A stretch of DNA of 63,896 nt, filler included, from Cladosporium halotolerans (lineage: Eukaryota), in assembly GCF_011745625.1 (NCBI RefSeq). It is 9 parts of 9 records of this genome, joined end to end, with 100 filler letters (N's around TTAATTAATTAA, not from the genome) between each part and the next. Parts side by side here need not be neighbours in the genome. Positions count along the whole stretch, not along the records: positions 7,416 to 14,680 come from NW_027191632.1; positions 14,781 to 21,977 come from NW_027191633.1; positions 22,078 to 29,130 come from NW_027191634.1; 6 more parts are not named here. One strand, given 5' to 3'. A program made the position numbers and the translations under genes. Of this stretch, positions 11,337 through 22,078 are shown one piece after another. The notes beneath the pieces were generated by a model. The model worked only from the letters and a program-made list of their open reading frames with translations, was not told the origin of the DNA and searched no databases. The first letter of the stretch is position 1; every line of letters begins with the position of its first letter.

Positions 11337-12937
11337 TCTCTGGACTTGCGTACCTAAAGAGTCAGGGACTACTTCCTCTCATGGCCTCTCCCATCAGGGT
11401 CGGTCTCCAATTCCGTCACGACCGTCCTACCTCAAACAGAGCCTGCCACCAATGGGAGTTCTTGGGTCTCCAAACCAGAAGTCAATACAGCCGTCCGGGC
11501 TTAAAGCCCGCTCGCGCGTAGGAGAGAATTTAGCCTTTGTTGGTTCGGAGCCTTCATCGTTGGCGCCAGGTTCACAGATAGGTCGCGATCATCGGAGTTC
11601 GAGACAACCTACTCTCTGACATGAGTCGACAAAGCCTGCGCACACCACATGCCAGCAGGCAATGCGCTCCCATCCGCCGCAGCCGACGTGGCCGCCAACG
11701 CCAACTCGACAATGAGCAAGAGGCGGAAAACGCACATAAAAGTACAAGACGCATGCGATGCACAAGAGCGCGATGAGCCGCCCCAATCTTGCAGGGACAC
11801 TCATGGACAGGCTCATTGATGGACCAGCCACACTCGGTGAACTGCCGAGCCATGCGCTCTAGAGGTTCGGCGGGTAGGACACGGCACGACAAGCGCGGCA
11901 GATGGCCACGGACAAGCACCCGTACATCAGCTCGGATGTGAGACACAGAGGCGGACACTAAAGGGACACAAGCTGAGGGTTTGCGACAGTTTAGGCAAGC
12001 AACATCAAGACACAAGGACCAAGCGAGCTCATTTCGTGCAATGAGCTCACAAAGGCAAGCCTTGCGCAGCTCAGACTGCGTCAACAAGCATAATGCATGT
12101 ATCTCCTTTTATGTGTATGGAAGGTTGGCAAGACGGAAAGGGCAGCGCGCGCGGTCAGTACCGGAGGTGACCAGCCTGTAATGGATGAAAGAGGAGACGG
12201 GGAGAGACAAGGTGAGAAAGGTCAGCAGTTGTGACCACATGCGAGAGGCTAGGTACAAATTCTTGGTGGATCGGATCTTCGTGAATATGCGCCACCAGCG
12301 GCCAAGGTCTCGACCGGAGCTTTTCACGAGATAATCGTGGTGGAATTGCTGCTCTCGAAGTTTAGATAGTTGAAAACTTGGAATTTGGATCAAGCTGATG
12401 TTTGGCGTCATTCCTGCAAAGTTCGGGAGAATTGGTTTTGTTCCTTCTAGTGCTCCGTTGAGGTTCTTCCGCTTCAGCAAAGCAGCGATACCCCAATGCC
12501 AAAAGCACATTTTGAGCGAAGGGAGCTTGCTTCACCGATGGCCTAACGCCTGTCAATACCGGCCCCGGAAATGAACGTCTCCGGGCACGTTGTTTTCAAT
12601 CATCGATAGAAGGGCGGCGAAGTCTGACGCGATATACGTGATCCTTAGGGATAGGGGCGCCGAGAATCAAGTGAGTCAGGCAATCGTCACGTGTTAAGGA
12701 GCGTGATCTTGAGTCGCTCACCCAGAAAAATGCCGAGATGTTTGCATCAAGTCCTCTAAGAAACGATGGTCAAGGCGACTGTTCAAGTTGGGTGATTGTA
12801 AGGTTTGATCAGCATGAAGCCATCAAGCCACGGGCTTTCGCCTTCCTCGCCTTTTGCCATCGTGGTCATCGTTCTCGTCATCGTCGAAGGTACTCCTCCA
12901 TACTGGAGGGGCATTGATTGCGCACTGGCACTGAGCG

Positions 12938-13443
12938 CTAATATTTTCGCCTGACCAACCGTTGTAGTGACTGATGCTCCTGAACCTGCGTCTTCAATAC
13001 GCTATTCATGGTGCCCAGCTTGCGATGCTTATCCTCAAGTCCTGCAGTATTCTCTTTCTTCCTTGCACGACACTTAGCAGCTGCGAGCCTGTTCTTCTCA
13101 CGATATGTTCCCCTCTTGCCTACAGCGTCCCCCTCTTGCCTACAGTGTCCCCCTCTTCACCATCGCTGAGTGCTGCGTCCTTTCTCCGATTGACTCGCCC
13201 CACTGTCTTGCTCTTCGCATGCCGCTGGTTTGCAGCATTGTGGGCACGTTCCGATCTGCCAGGTCTGTCTTGCTTTGCAGTTTGTGTTCTTGCAGCCTCT
13301 GCGCTACTGTCTCTCGCAGTGCGGACACCGCTGGTCATGTCAAGCGGAGCTGTGATCTGGCCATATCGGTGATGGACGGTATCACCGTGGCTCTGGGTTA
13401 TACGCTGTTGGGAGTCTGATTCTGAAAGAGCCGCCCAAACCAT
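12938..13443 (-). pseudogene. ATF/CREB-type bZIP factor frameshifted by a 20-bp tandem duplication
   Basis: EKNRLAAAKCRARKKENTAGLEDKHRKLGTMNSVLKTQVQE at about 13100-12975. Removing one copy of the repeat at 13111-13150 joins it in frame to the upstream ORF. 5' end uncertain. Confidence 0.75.
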
Positions 13444-14454
13444 CTAGCCCTTGTGCCTTACTTTGCCGAGGAAAGTTGACTGAGCCCCTTCACGCCCGAG
13501 AGACCCAAGGTCTCCGAAGAAGTCGGGTATGCTGTACGGAAAGGGGATACCTCCCAGAGCCGACGCTGCTACGTTAGAGCATCCTGACCAACATTCATAA
13601 GACCATTTGGGTTTACCTGGTCCCATTGACTGGATCAAAAGATGGATGCTGAATGTGCGCCTTCGGTGGGTACACGATTGGTAGGACCTTGCGGTTGTCA
13701 ATGACATGCGAGCCCGCGGAATCCAGCCCTAAGTACGGCTCAGACATTGGGTCTCTGAGCCATGGCGCAAGCACGCCGATAGAAGCTACGACGTGAGGCG
13801 AGTTTCTGATATGCATTTGTGGGTTGTATGGAGACGCCAACGTTGATGTCGGTATACTGTTGAAGGCCACTGCTGACAAGTACAGATCGCGAAGCTCCAA
13901 TGGCGCTCGTAATGGTTGCAGTAGGTGCTGAACGTGGCTGCTTTCCGCCAACGCTGGTCACGATCCAAGGACTTAGACTGTACCGAGGCTGTGCTGGTAT
14001 TAGCACTCTACGGCCTGGTGCTTGAGGGCAAGGTCCGAGGCGTCGAAGATGGCAACAATGCGCTTGCACACATGAAAGCACTCTGCTTGTGCTGTTCGAA
14101 GTTGGCGACTGCGTCGGAAACACGGTCGGAAGCAGCAATTTCAGCGATATTTTGACTTGCTTGTCAGCACTTTGAGTGGACTTGAGCGGGCATCCAAGTA
14201 GTGTGTCGGAAAGGTTTACCGGGAAAGTAGTTTGTGCGATAGTTCCACTTTAGAAAGGAGATGCTAGAAGCGTCGTAAAACGCTCACAAGATGAGCAATT
14301 CACGCATTCCTTTCCTCAGTTATGATCAACCGCAAAGGGCAGCGCAGTAGGTTTTCCAAAGCTGCCCCGCACGCTGACGTCAGACGGGACGCATCGCGAC
14401 CGACTTGCCGATTGCCAGTGTGGTTGACGTCACCAAAGGCGCGAATTGTTTCGC

Positions 14455-14680
14455 TTTTCTTTTTCTTTTTTTGAATCATACTGCATTCAAGCTAAATAGC
14501 TTATGGCACGTCGGCTATCTTCTCGACGACTTCTATGGCATCCTAGTGTGCTCTCACGTTGGCCGTTTACAGTACAGTTATGCTCGCCGTTCCGACTCCA
14601 CCGAGCCGCCACAGCTTTTGGGCTTATTGCCCTCCTACTTTCTTGTCATTGTCCTTCCTCATCTGTCCCCTCATCCACGC
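14455..14680 (-). mobile_element. LINE family A 3' UTR plus poly(A), cut by contig end
   Basis: Closely similar to 14879-15100. T-rich tail at 14455-14472. Confidence 0.9.
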
Positions 14681-14780
14681 NNNNNNNNNNNNNNNNNNNN
14701 NNNNNNNNNNNNNNNNNNNNNNNNTTAATTAATTAANNNNNNNNNNNNNNNNNNNNNNNNNNNNNNNNNNNNNNNNNNNN
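14681..14780. other. Artificial contig linker
   Basis: N44-TTAATTAATTAA-N44. Confidence 0.97.
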
Positions 14781-15091
14781 TTTCAATCAGCGCTTTGAAC
14801 TCTGGCCCTTCTGTCACAGTATGTCTCCTCATGTTCTCCCTTGCCTTGTATTGCTCCCGTGGGAACCTCTCGGGTGAATTTTTTTTTTTTTTTGAATCAT
14901 GCTGCATTCAAGCTAAGTAGCTTATGGCACGTCGGATATTCTCTCGACGACTTCTATGGCTTCTTTGTCTGCTCTCGCCTCGGCCTTTTACCGTACAATT
15001 ATGCTCGCCGTCCCGACTCCACCGAGCCGCCACAGCTTTTGGGCTTATTGCCCTCCTACTTTCTTGTCATCGTCACTCCTCGTCCGTCTTC

Positions 15092-18000
15092 TTATTCCCC
15101 TCCAATGCCCTCCATCAGCTCTCCCTCCTCAACGCTCCGATCTAATCGTTCGATGTCCCACGATTCGTGTTGGTCGCCCTCCCCGGGCAGTTTCTTGCCC
15201 ACATCTGTCTCTTCAAGGAACTGAAGCACGTCTACGACAGCTTCTGCTCCGAACAGAGTTTGTAGGTCTGTTCTGTCCCGCCTTCCGCTGATCAAAACCT
15301 TCTTGTTATTCAGCCTCCGTAGCATGGCGTCTCGCTGCCTTCGCCATCTTCTGCATTTGAGCAATAGGTGTCCAATGGTTTGCTCGACACCTCCGCACCA
15401 CCAACAGTGTGCGTCGTTGACCTTGCTGATCCTCAGGAGGTAGACGCCTGTGACTGCGTGTCCCGATTTGAGCTGCAGGTATCGTGCTGCGACTGACTTT
15501 TTCGCACCTTCGATGTTTCTGTCTACCTTGAATCTTGCCTTCCACTTCTCTTTGATGGCTTGCCTGGTGTAAGGCAGTGATGCCGATCGCATTTCTTTGG
15601 GCTGGTGTTTTGCTGCTCTTTGCGCCGCAGCGCTCGCGATCTCGTAGCCCTCTACGCTTTTGCCGTTCGCAAGCCATGTTAGGACCACTCGGCCGCCCGC
15701 GTCTTCAACTCGTAGTGCCTGCCGTTTCATGCCTGTGATGATCGGTAGCGCCCAATGTTCAGCGCTCTCTATGACGGCCAGTCCCTGTCGCGACTCCGTC
15801 ACGACCTCAGCGCAACAGCGATTCGCTCGATGGAGAAGCGTGAGGAGGCCCTTCACAACCATGCCGATGGCAAACAGTGCAGCATCAGCCGTTGTCATGT
15901 ACTTGCCCAATGATGATGCCTTCGTCTTCCACTCGCGTCGCTCTCTCCATGCGGTTCCTACCCCATAGCTGACATCCTTGGTCGCACTCACAAAGATTGT
16001 CAGTTGTCGTGGGTGGTCAGGTAGCATCCTCTCCGGTACATCTGAGTATCCGTGATTTCGAATCACTGGGACTGACACAGGCGAAGTGACTTTGCAGGGC
16101 AGTTCGAATCCGTATTCAGTGTCGTATCTGACGTTCCTGACGATCTGCTGTGCAAGTCGGCCTCCGAGCGATCGATGCATCTTCTCTGATTTCGTCCAGC
16201 CGATGCTGGATGGCTGGCCTGTCGCTCCTTCATGTCGATGAAGCTCGCCAAATCGGAAGTTTGCAGGCAGGAGCTGATGCGTTGGGTGGTCTCCATCCGC
16301 GCTCAGAGCGCGCAACGCGTATCTGGTCTGCCGAGAGTCGAGAAGTTCCTTGGCGCAAGGCAAGCACGCTTCCCGCTGCAGGAAGGCTACCGGCGTTGAT
16401 TTCAGCAACCCCGTGATGGCTCTTGCTTGACTGTTCATCAGCAATTGGAGCTTCCCCAGTCGGTCCTTCTGGCCCCTCCACCATATTTCGGACCCGTACA
16501 TCGCGACGGAAGTGACTGCTGCGACGACCACTCTCCTCATCAAGCTGACCGACAGGCCACCGTTGCTTCGGCTGAGGCTAGCCACCCGCTGCAGAGCGCC
16601 CTTGGCGCTCGCCATCCTGTTCTCGAAGTGCACCTTGAAGGACAGCTTCGAGTCGAGCCAGAAGCCTAGCCATTTGGTCGCTTCCTGCTTGATTGTAAAG
16701 CTTAAATCTCCGATCTGGATTGACGCATCTTTTGCTGCTTGCAACACCTTGCGACGCCTGCTGAACAAAAGAACTTCGGTCTTGCTGACTTCGAACTCGA
16801 CTTTGTTATCGGTCCCCCATTGGACCGCATCTCTGGCGACGCGCTCCAGATGCCTGGTGCCCTCATTCAAGTCTTCGCATTCTGTCACCAGACCCATGTC
16901 GTCGACAAACGAGATGCATTGCAGTCTTGGGTGTCTTTCTTCTAGCCATTCGAACATTGCACTGACCGACAAGATAAAGAGTACAGGCGAGACCGGTGAT
17001 CCCTGCGGTAGTCCAGCTTGGATCCTGCGGGTCTCGCCTGTTCTTCCGTCGATTACAAGCTTTGCTCGCCGGTCCGACAAGAATGAGTCCACCCAGCGCA
17101 CAATATTACCGGCTATACCGACTCCGATCATCCGCTTGAGCAGCTGTCTTTTGTTGACCCTATCGAAGGCTCCTTTGACATCAAGGAGCAATGCAAGGGC
17201 GATGCGCTTCTTACTCCAGGCGTCTTCGACCTTCGACACCAGTTGCGCCACTGCGTGTGATGTTCCTCTTCCTCTACGGCAGCCGAACTGTCCTCGGTGG
17301 AAGATGCCGTTCTCCTCGCAGAAGGATGCGATCCAAGTTGCGATTGCCCTTTCAACCACTTTGCCAAGACAGCTGAGCAGGCTGATGACTCGGTAGGCCT
17401 TCGCGACGGTGTAGGTAGGTTTTCCCTGCTTGCGCAACAGAATGCCTTTTGCAGTCTTCCACGTGCAGGGGTGGTACCCTATCCTTATGCATCCTTGAAC
17501 GAGGGCCACGATTCGTTCTTCGGCCCACTGCCATAGCAGCCGGAGTGCTTTGAATCCGATGCGGTCCGCTCCCGGGGCTTTCTTGACGGACTGTGAAAAC
17601 AATGCTTCGCGGACTTGATCCGCACTGACACTAATCCTCGTGTCTGGTATCTGGATTCCTTCCTCGTCGCTGGCTTGTGGTGGGAAGGCTTGTGCCATAA
17701 AGATTTCTTCTTTCTCTTCTGCTGTCGCCACCATCTTGTCCGGCTGCCCTTCAGCGCCGCTGGTCTTGATTGCTGGTGTGTATGAGGGCATCTGGGGCTT
17801 CGTGTATCTGAGCGCTTTCCAACATCGTTCAGGATTATTTGCGGTTTTCGAGTGGTCTTCATTTGGGAAGACGCCCTCAAGAAAGCGTTCCCAGGCCAGA
17901 CGCTTGGCTCTCCGGATGTGACGGTAGTAACTGTTTCTCACTTGACGGTACTCGTCAAAACTGATTCGATCATCGTTGTAGGCACGTCTTGCACCTCCAA

Positions 18001-18976
18001 ACAGCCGTCTCTCCTGTTTGATGTCGTCTGTCCACCACCGCTTCGAGCGTGCGCACGGCGGCCTCCCGGGTGCATGTCGGTCCAGCACTGCCTTGAGACT
18101 TTCTTGCATCCAGTACGCTTCTGCCTCGAGTTCTGCAGGTGTCGCCACCCAGGCACTGACCAGCGCCCTTCCTTCACTCAGCTCGTGCCAGTGCTCGCCT
18201 GCCTTCTTCAACGCCTCTTCATCTGCGCACAGACGATCGATGTTCCAGTTCGGCGGAGCGCCCCTTTGCCCGTCCGTAGCGGTCGCATTGAGCGGCGTCC
18301 ACTCGAAGACGATCACTTCATGGTCGGACGTTGTGGCCAGGTCCTCGTCTATTTCCCAAGATGTGAGCGCACCCACCCCTCGCGTGCTCAGGGTCAAATC
18401 GATGACCGACCTGCATGCCTTCCCGCGTCTGGTGGGTTGCTGGTAGTTGTTGTTGACGATGAGGTCGTGCCTTTCTATCAACCGTTCCGTTGCCCCTGCA
18501 TTCTGCCTTCCCACGACCCACGGATCCCACGCGGGACTACGAGCGTTAAAGTCGCCTGCAAGTATCGTCCTGCCCTCGATGAGCGGTCGCCAGTCGAGGT
18601 GGTCGATCGTGTAGCCCCCACCTTCGACCCTGGCTTTGTTGTAGACGTTGATCAGTCTCGTTCGGCGCGTCTTTCTGCGGTTCGTTGTCTCCCAGATGTC
18701 AAGACACTGCACGTGCGGGCTATTCACCAGGTCTGTCCTCTCTTCGAACACGTATCGATCCAGCGCATCGTTGCGGATTGCCAACGCCACTCTCACGTCT
18801 CGCTTCGCACATTCCGGGTACCTGAGTTGGAACCCAGGGTGGCTGATCGCGTGCCTCTTCCCCACGTGCGGCTCTTGCAAGCACGCCACTTCGGCTCCTC
18901 GCTCAATGGCAGCCTCGAGTGCTGCCGTCGTCGAAACCACCGTGCCGTTGCAATTATGTTGAAGCACTATCATCAT
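15092..18976 (-). CDS. LINE ORF2: APE endonuclease, reverse transcriptase, degenerate RNase H, CCHC
   Basis: LQHNC, LQEP, GDFNA, IDLT, SDHE (APE). YRVISLL, LDVKGAFD, LPQGSPVSP, FVDD (RT). CWWC...HLLLKC. Confidence 0.96.
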   Translation of the reverse strand: MMIVLQHNCNGTVVSTTAALEAAIERGAEVACLQEPHVGKRHAISHPGFQLRYPECAKRDVRVALAIRNDALDRYVFEERTDLVNSPHVQCLDIWETTNRRKTRRTRLINVYNKARVEGGGYTIDHLDWRPLIEGRTILAGDFNARSPAWDPWVVGRQNAGATERLIERHDLIVNNNYQQPTRRGKACRSVIDLTLSTRGVGALTSWEIDEDLATTSDHEVIVFEWTPLNATATDGQRGAPPNWNIDRLCADEEALKKAGEHWHELSEGRALVSAWVATPAELEAEAYWMQESLKAVLDRHAPGRPPCARSKRWWTDDIKQERRLFGGARRAYNDDRISFDEYRQVRNSYYRHIRRAKRLAWERFLEGVFPNEDHSKTANNPERCWKALRYTKPQMPSYTPAIKTSGAEGQPDKMVATAEEKEEIFMAQAFPPQASDEEGIQIPDTRISVSADQVREALFSQSVKKAPGADRIGFKALRLLWQWAEERIVALVQGCIRIGYHPCTWKTAKGILLRKQGKPTYTVAKAYRVISLLSCLGKVVERAIATWIASFCEENGIFHRGQFGCRRGRGTSHAVAQLVSKVEDAWSKKRIALALLLDVKGAFDRVNKRQLLKRMIGVGIAGNIVRWVDSFLSDRRAKLVIDGRTGETRRIQAGLPQGSPVSPVLFILSVSAMFEWLEERHPRLQCISFVDDMGLVTECEDLNEGTRHLERVARDAVQWGTDNKVEFEVSKTEVLLFSRRRKVLQAAKDASIQIGDLSFTIKQEATKWLGFWLDSKLSFKVHFENRMASAKGALQRVASLSRSNGGLSVSLMRRVVVAAVTSVAMYGSEIWWRGQKDRLGKLQLLMNSQARAITGLLKSTPVAFLQREACLPCAKELLDSRQTRYALRALSADGDHPTHQLLPANFRFGELHRHEGATGQPSSIGWTKSEKMHRSLGGRLAQQIVRNVRYDTEYGFELPCKVTSPVSVPVIRNHGYSDVPERMLPDHPRQLTIFVSATKDVSYGVGTAWRERREWKTKASSLGKYMTTADAALFAIGMVVKGLLTLLHRANRCCAEVVTESRQGLAVIESAEHWALPIITGMKRQALRVEDAGGRVVLTWLANGKSVEGYEIASAAAQRAAKHQPKEMRSASLPYTRQAIKEKWKARFKVDRNIEGAKKSVAARYLQLKSGHAVTGVYLLRISKVNDAHCWWCGGVEQTIGHLLLKCRRWRRQRDAMLRRLNNKKVLISGRRDRTDLQTLFGAEAVVDVLQFLEETDVGKKLPGEGDQHESWDIERLDRSVEEGELMEGIGGE

Positions 18977-20756
18977 CGATGGACATGTAGGTCTCGTCGT
19001 CGGGGCTAGGGAATTTCTGCGTTGCTCCCAGGGATGACTTTGTCATCGACCGGAGTTCTCTCGTTGGACGGGGCAATCTTTGACCTCGGGCCCGAGGCTG
19101 GTGTATGCTGGTATCCGAAGATATCGTTTTCATTTGTACCAAGTCGGCTTGGCCTTGGTCAATCGGTGTTGTTTCCACCTCCATTTCTGCTTCGTCTTCC
19201 TGTGCTGTGAGCTCGTCCCGTTCTTGCTCCGGCTCCATCATCGGAGGGCTGCTATGTATCTCAGTTGGCTTTGGCGCACGAGTCCGCCGGTGCGACCTCT
19301 TTTCTGGGCATTTTCGCGACGTCGCCATGTGAGAGCCGCCGCAGTTTGCGCACTTCGCCATGTGGTGTTCGCACGGCTCTGACTTCCTGCCACAGCTTTC
19401 AACGGAGCAGTGGTGTTGACTTCCTGCGTGTTCGCCTGCACAGACAAAGCATCTGGCCTCCCCTGTGCACTTGCCGAAGTGGTCGCTGCCACAGCAGCGC
19501 ATGCACATCCGACCTTCTCCCCTTTCCCAGAATCTCGCTACTTCATGGCGCCTGCCGCCAAAAGAAAGGCCCTTGGCAAGGATAACGTCCGCAGCCTGCT
19601 TGCTTTTCACGGTCATGACCAGTGTCGACCGCTTGATGCTCCCGTTGTCGAACCGCTCTTCTAAGGAGTCTGCCTTGATCCATCGCGGCGTATGCGGCAG
19701 CCGTTCGCCCGTCATCAGCTCGATCTCTTCCTGCGCTAGTTCAAGGCCACCTTCGGTCATGTAGCGATCAAGTGCGACACCATGCACACGCAGTTTGCGC
19801 CACTTCTCTGTCTTTTCCACGAGGACGACTTCAGGGTCTAGCTTCTTGACCGCAGCCATCAAGACCGTCGCGTAGTTAAGCAGCTCGTCGGCACATGCGT
19901 TTTGACTCACCACGCCCGTCAAATTGCCTTTTTCTGTGTATCTCATTTTGATCAATCTCACAGTCACATGGGCTCTTGCGTTTGCTAAGGCCTTGTTCAC
20001 TTCGAACATGATGTCTCTGGGGTCGCAGCTGTGCGACTGCACATTTCTCGCGAAGAGGATACGCCTTTGGTCGAGCGGGTGTTTCTTCGGTTTTCTCTTA
20101 CCGTTTGCGACTGTGGTCCAGCCGCTTCCTTTGCTTGCCCCCGTGATGCTCGCCCAGCTTGGCTGTGCTGCTTGCCCTGGTGGTAATACTTGGCTGCCTA
20201 TACCTTGCGTCGCATGTTCTGGCCGAGCATCAGTCCTGGCAGATGGCACCGTCCTCTCGTTGTTCTGCTTCGGCCCCTTCTCGAGCATCTCCATAATCCT
20301 TTGAAGCGCGTCTTCTACCCGCCGATCCGCCTCGGCTTGCATGTTAGCCATCGCAGTGTTCACGAGCTGAGTAACCTGCATCTGTATCTTGCTCATCTCC
20401 AACCTTATCTCGCCTCGAAGGTATTGCATTTCTCCCAGTGAGCCGGCAGCAAGCGTCGGCTCTGCGAACCCACGCATGCGGCCGTTCGCCACAAACTTTT
20501 CGAATGCTTGTGTAAGCACATCATCACTGATGCTGATAGCTGATCCTCCGTCTGCTTTTCGCTTCTTTGGACTTGCGGATGCCGTGGTGCGAGCTTGCTG
20601 GTCGTCCCAACTCTGTGTTCCGCCAGGTTGGAGGCCCAAATCGCAAAATTCAAGGTCGGCGAGGCTCGTGATTCGCTCGGAGGCTTCCCCGCATGCTTCA
20701 GACCCTGAAACGTCACTTGGAGGCGCCCCCCCGCCGCCTTCACTGGGGAATAGCAT
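18954..20756 (-). CDS. LINE ORF1 (gag-like, three zinc knuckles)
   Basis: CMRCCGSDHFGKC, CFVCAGEH...HHC, CANCGGSHMATSRKC. Overlaps the ORF2 start by 23 nt. First ATG at 20756. Confidence 0.9.
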   Translation of the reverse strand: MLFPSEGGGGAPPSDVSGSEACGEASERITSLADLEFCDLGLQPGGTQSWDDQQARTTASASPKKRKADGGSAISISDDVLTQAFEKFVANGRMRGFAEPTLAAGSLGEMQYLRGEIRLEMSKIQMQVTQLVNTAMANMQAEADRRVEDALQRIMEMLEKGPKQNNERTVPSARTDARPEHATQGIGSQVLPPGQAAQPSWASITGASKGSGWTTVANGKRKPKKHPLDQRRILFARNVQSHSCDPRDIMFEVNKALANARAHVTVRLIKMRYTEKGNLTGVVSQNACADELLNYATVLMAAVKKLDPEVVLVEKTEKWRKLRVHGVALDRYMTEGGLELAQEEIELMTGERLPHTPRWIKADSLEERFDNGSIKRSTLVMTVKSKQAADVILAKGLSFGGRRHEVARFWERGEGRMCMRCCGSDHFGKCTGEARCFVCAGEHAGSQHHCSVESCGRKSEPCEHHMAKCANCGGSHMATSRKCPEKRSHRRTRAPKPTEIHSSPPMMEPEQERDELTAQEDEAEMEVETTPIDQGQADLVQMKTISSDTSIHQPRARGQRLPRPTRELRSMTKSSLGATQKFPSPDDETYMSIDDDSAST

Positions 20757-20821
20757 TCCCACCAGCGAGGCGCTGGATATCACGCTGGTGTGCTTGCACT
20801 GTGCTTATTCTGAGCTTTCGA

Positions 20822-21977
20822 TTAATGTAAAATATGACCCTGTCTGTAACAAAGTCGAAAAGAAGTCTTTCTCTTCCTTGCTTTCACTCCTTTTTCTCTT
20901 CCCATTCGCAAGGTGGGCTTCCGCACTCCGCTCTGTTCCTGCGGCGAATAGTGCGTGCGCAGAGGGTTCGGTGGCCAAATTGAGGCACGTCTTTTGTCTT
21001 CGACACCACGGACCGCCATGTTTTCTACTTGGGCCGTGCCATCTTGACTCGACCTTTTCCTCTTTCGTACAACGGCGCCTTCACCAATCTGGCGGACAGG
21101 AGATCTTCTCGCATCATCCAAAAGCCTGCTCTCGACCGCTGGCTGTATCAAGTCAGAGGTTCTAGCAGCATCATCAACTTCTCTGGAATCACTATCGCCT
21201 CCTTCTCTCATCCAGCGCATGGAGCTCGATCGAGACGTCGTTCTAGATGGGGCGGGACGGGCGTGCATAAACAAGTCTTTCGTCGATGTTCGTCCAGAGG
21301 GTAACTTTTCTTCCATCCTATTCGCAGAACGTACCGAGGGTAAGCTTCTTATATCCATGATGCTTTCCGAGATATTGGACCGTGTGTCGGATTCTGCCTT
21401 GACGGAGTCCACTCCATCGCCGGAATATGCCGATGGTGACCCTTTCGTGTCCATCAAATTCCTGATAGTTTTGAAAACATCGGACGGTGTGTCGTGTTCT
21501 GCCTTGATAGAGAAGTCCTCTTCTTGCACAGCTTTTTTCGGCAATAACGCTGCCTCATTTGGCTCGTCATTATATCCATCCACGTTCGAGAAAGGGTTGG
21601 GAGGAATCAAGCTGTTATAGCCTGGCGAATCTGGCTTTCGCGTTTCCGGTCGACCGTAAGGATTCCATCTGTTTTTTTGGGCTGCCCTGAATGGAGCTTT
21701 GCCCGTACGCTTCGTCTTGCGTTGTGTTTGATGGCCTGATTTTGGATCGGGTTCCTGTTGTTCTAGACCAGATCCCCAACAACAATGGACCAAATCTTTT
21801 GCAATGGCGAACGACGTTGCTTGAGACTTCCGCTCAAAGTTTGACGTATCAAAGATATACCGTCTGTGCAGGAAGTCTTTGTCCCTAGCGTAATTCGAGC
21901 TCAACGGCCTGTTCCTTCTGGCTTTCCATTTCAGAGGGGGATCGTGGCAACTGAGCTCTGGCGCCAGCGATATTTGT
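20822..21977 (-). CDS. Low-complexity basic/Ser-rich ORF upstream of LINE ORF1 (open to the contig end)
   Basis: At least 380 codons without a stop, co-oriented with ORF1, NLS-like RKRKR motif. Confidence 0.45.
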
Positions 21978-22077
21978 NNNNNNNNNNNNNNNNNNNNNNN
22001 NNNNNNNNNNNNNNNNNNNNNTTAATTAATTAANNNNNNNNNNNNNNNNNNNNNNNNNNNNNNNNNNNNNNNNNNNN
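21978..22077. other. Artificial contig linker
   Basis: N44-TTAATTAATTAA-N44. Confidence 0.97.
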
Positions 22078-22078
22078 A

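Larger units (their letters stand above)
14879..20800 (-). mobile_element. Tad1-like non-LTR retrotransposon (family A), near full length
   Basis: Poly(A) tail at 14879-14893, 3' UTR, intact ORF2 and ORF1. No TSD or 5' end found; it may extend to the contig end at 21977. Confidence 0.93.

Noticed and set aside
11572..12556. ORFs of 133-171 aa as a tyrosine recombinase (Starship captain) or other gene
   Set aside because: No R-H-R-Y motifs or family signature could be recognised.
14455..15100. Tandem duplication or LTR pair of the LINE 3' UTR around 14681-14780
   Set aside because: The copies are on different contigs, and both end in poly(A), so they are independent LINE ends and not LTRs.
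16512..19009. Long plus-strand ORFs (294 and 385 aa) opposite LINE A, and similar ones at 57743-58633 and 62305-63000
   Set aside because: These are antisense shadows of GC-rich TE coding sequence with no recognisable motifs.
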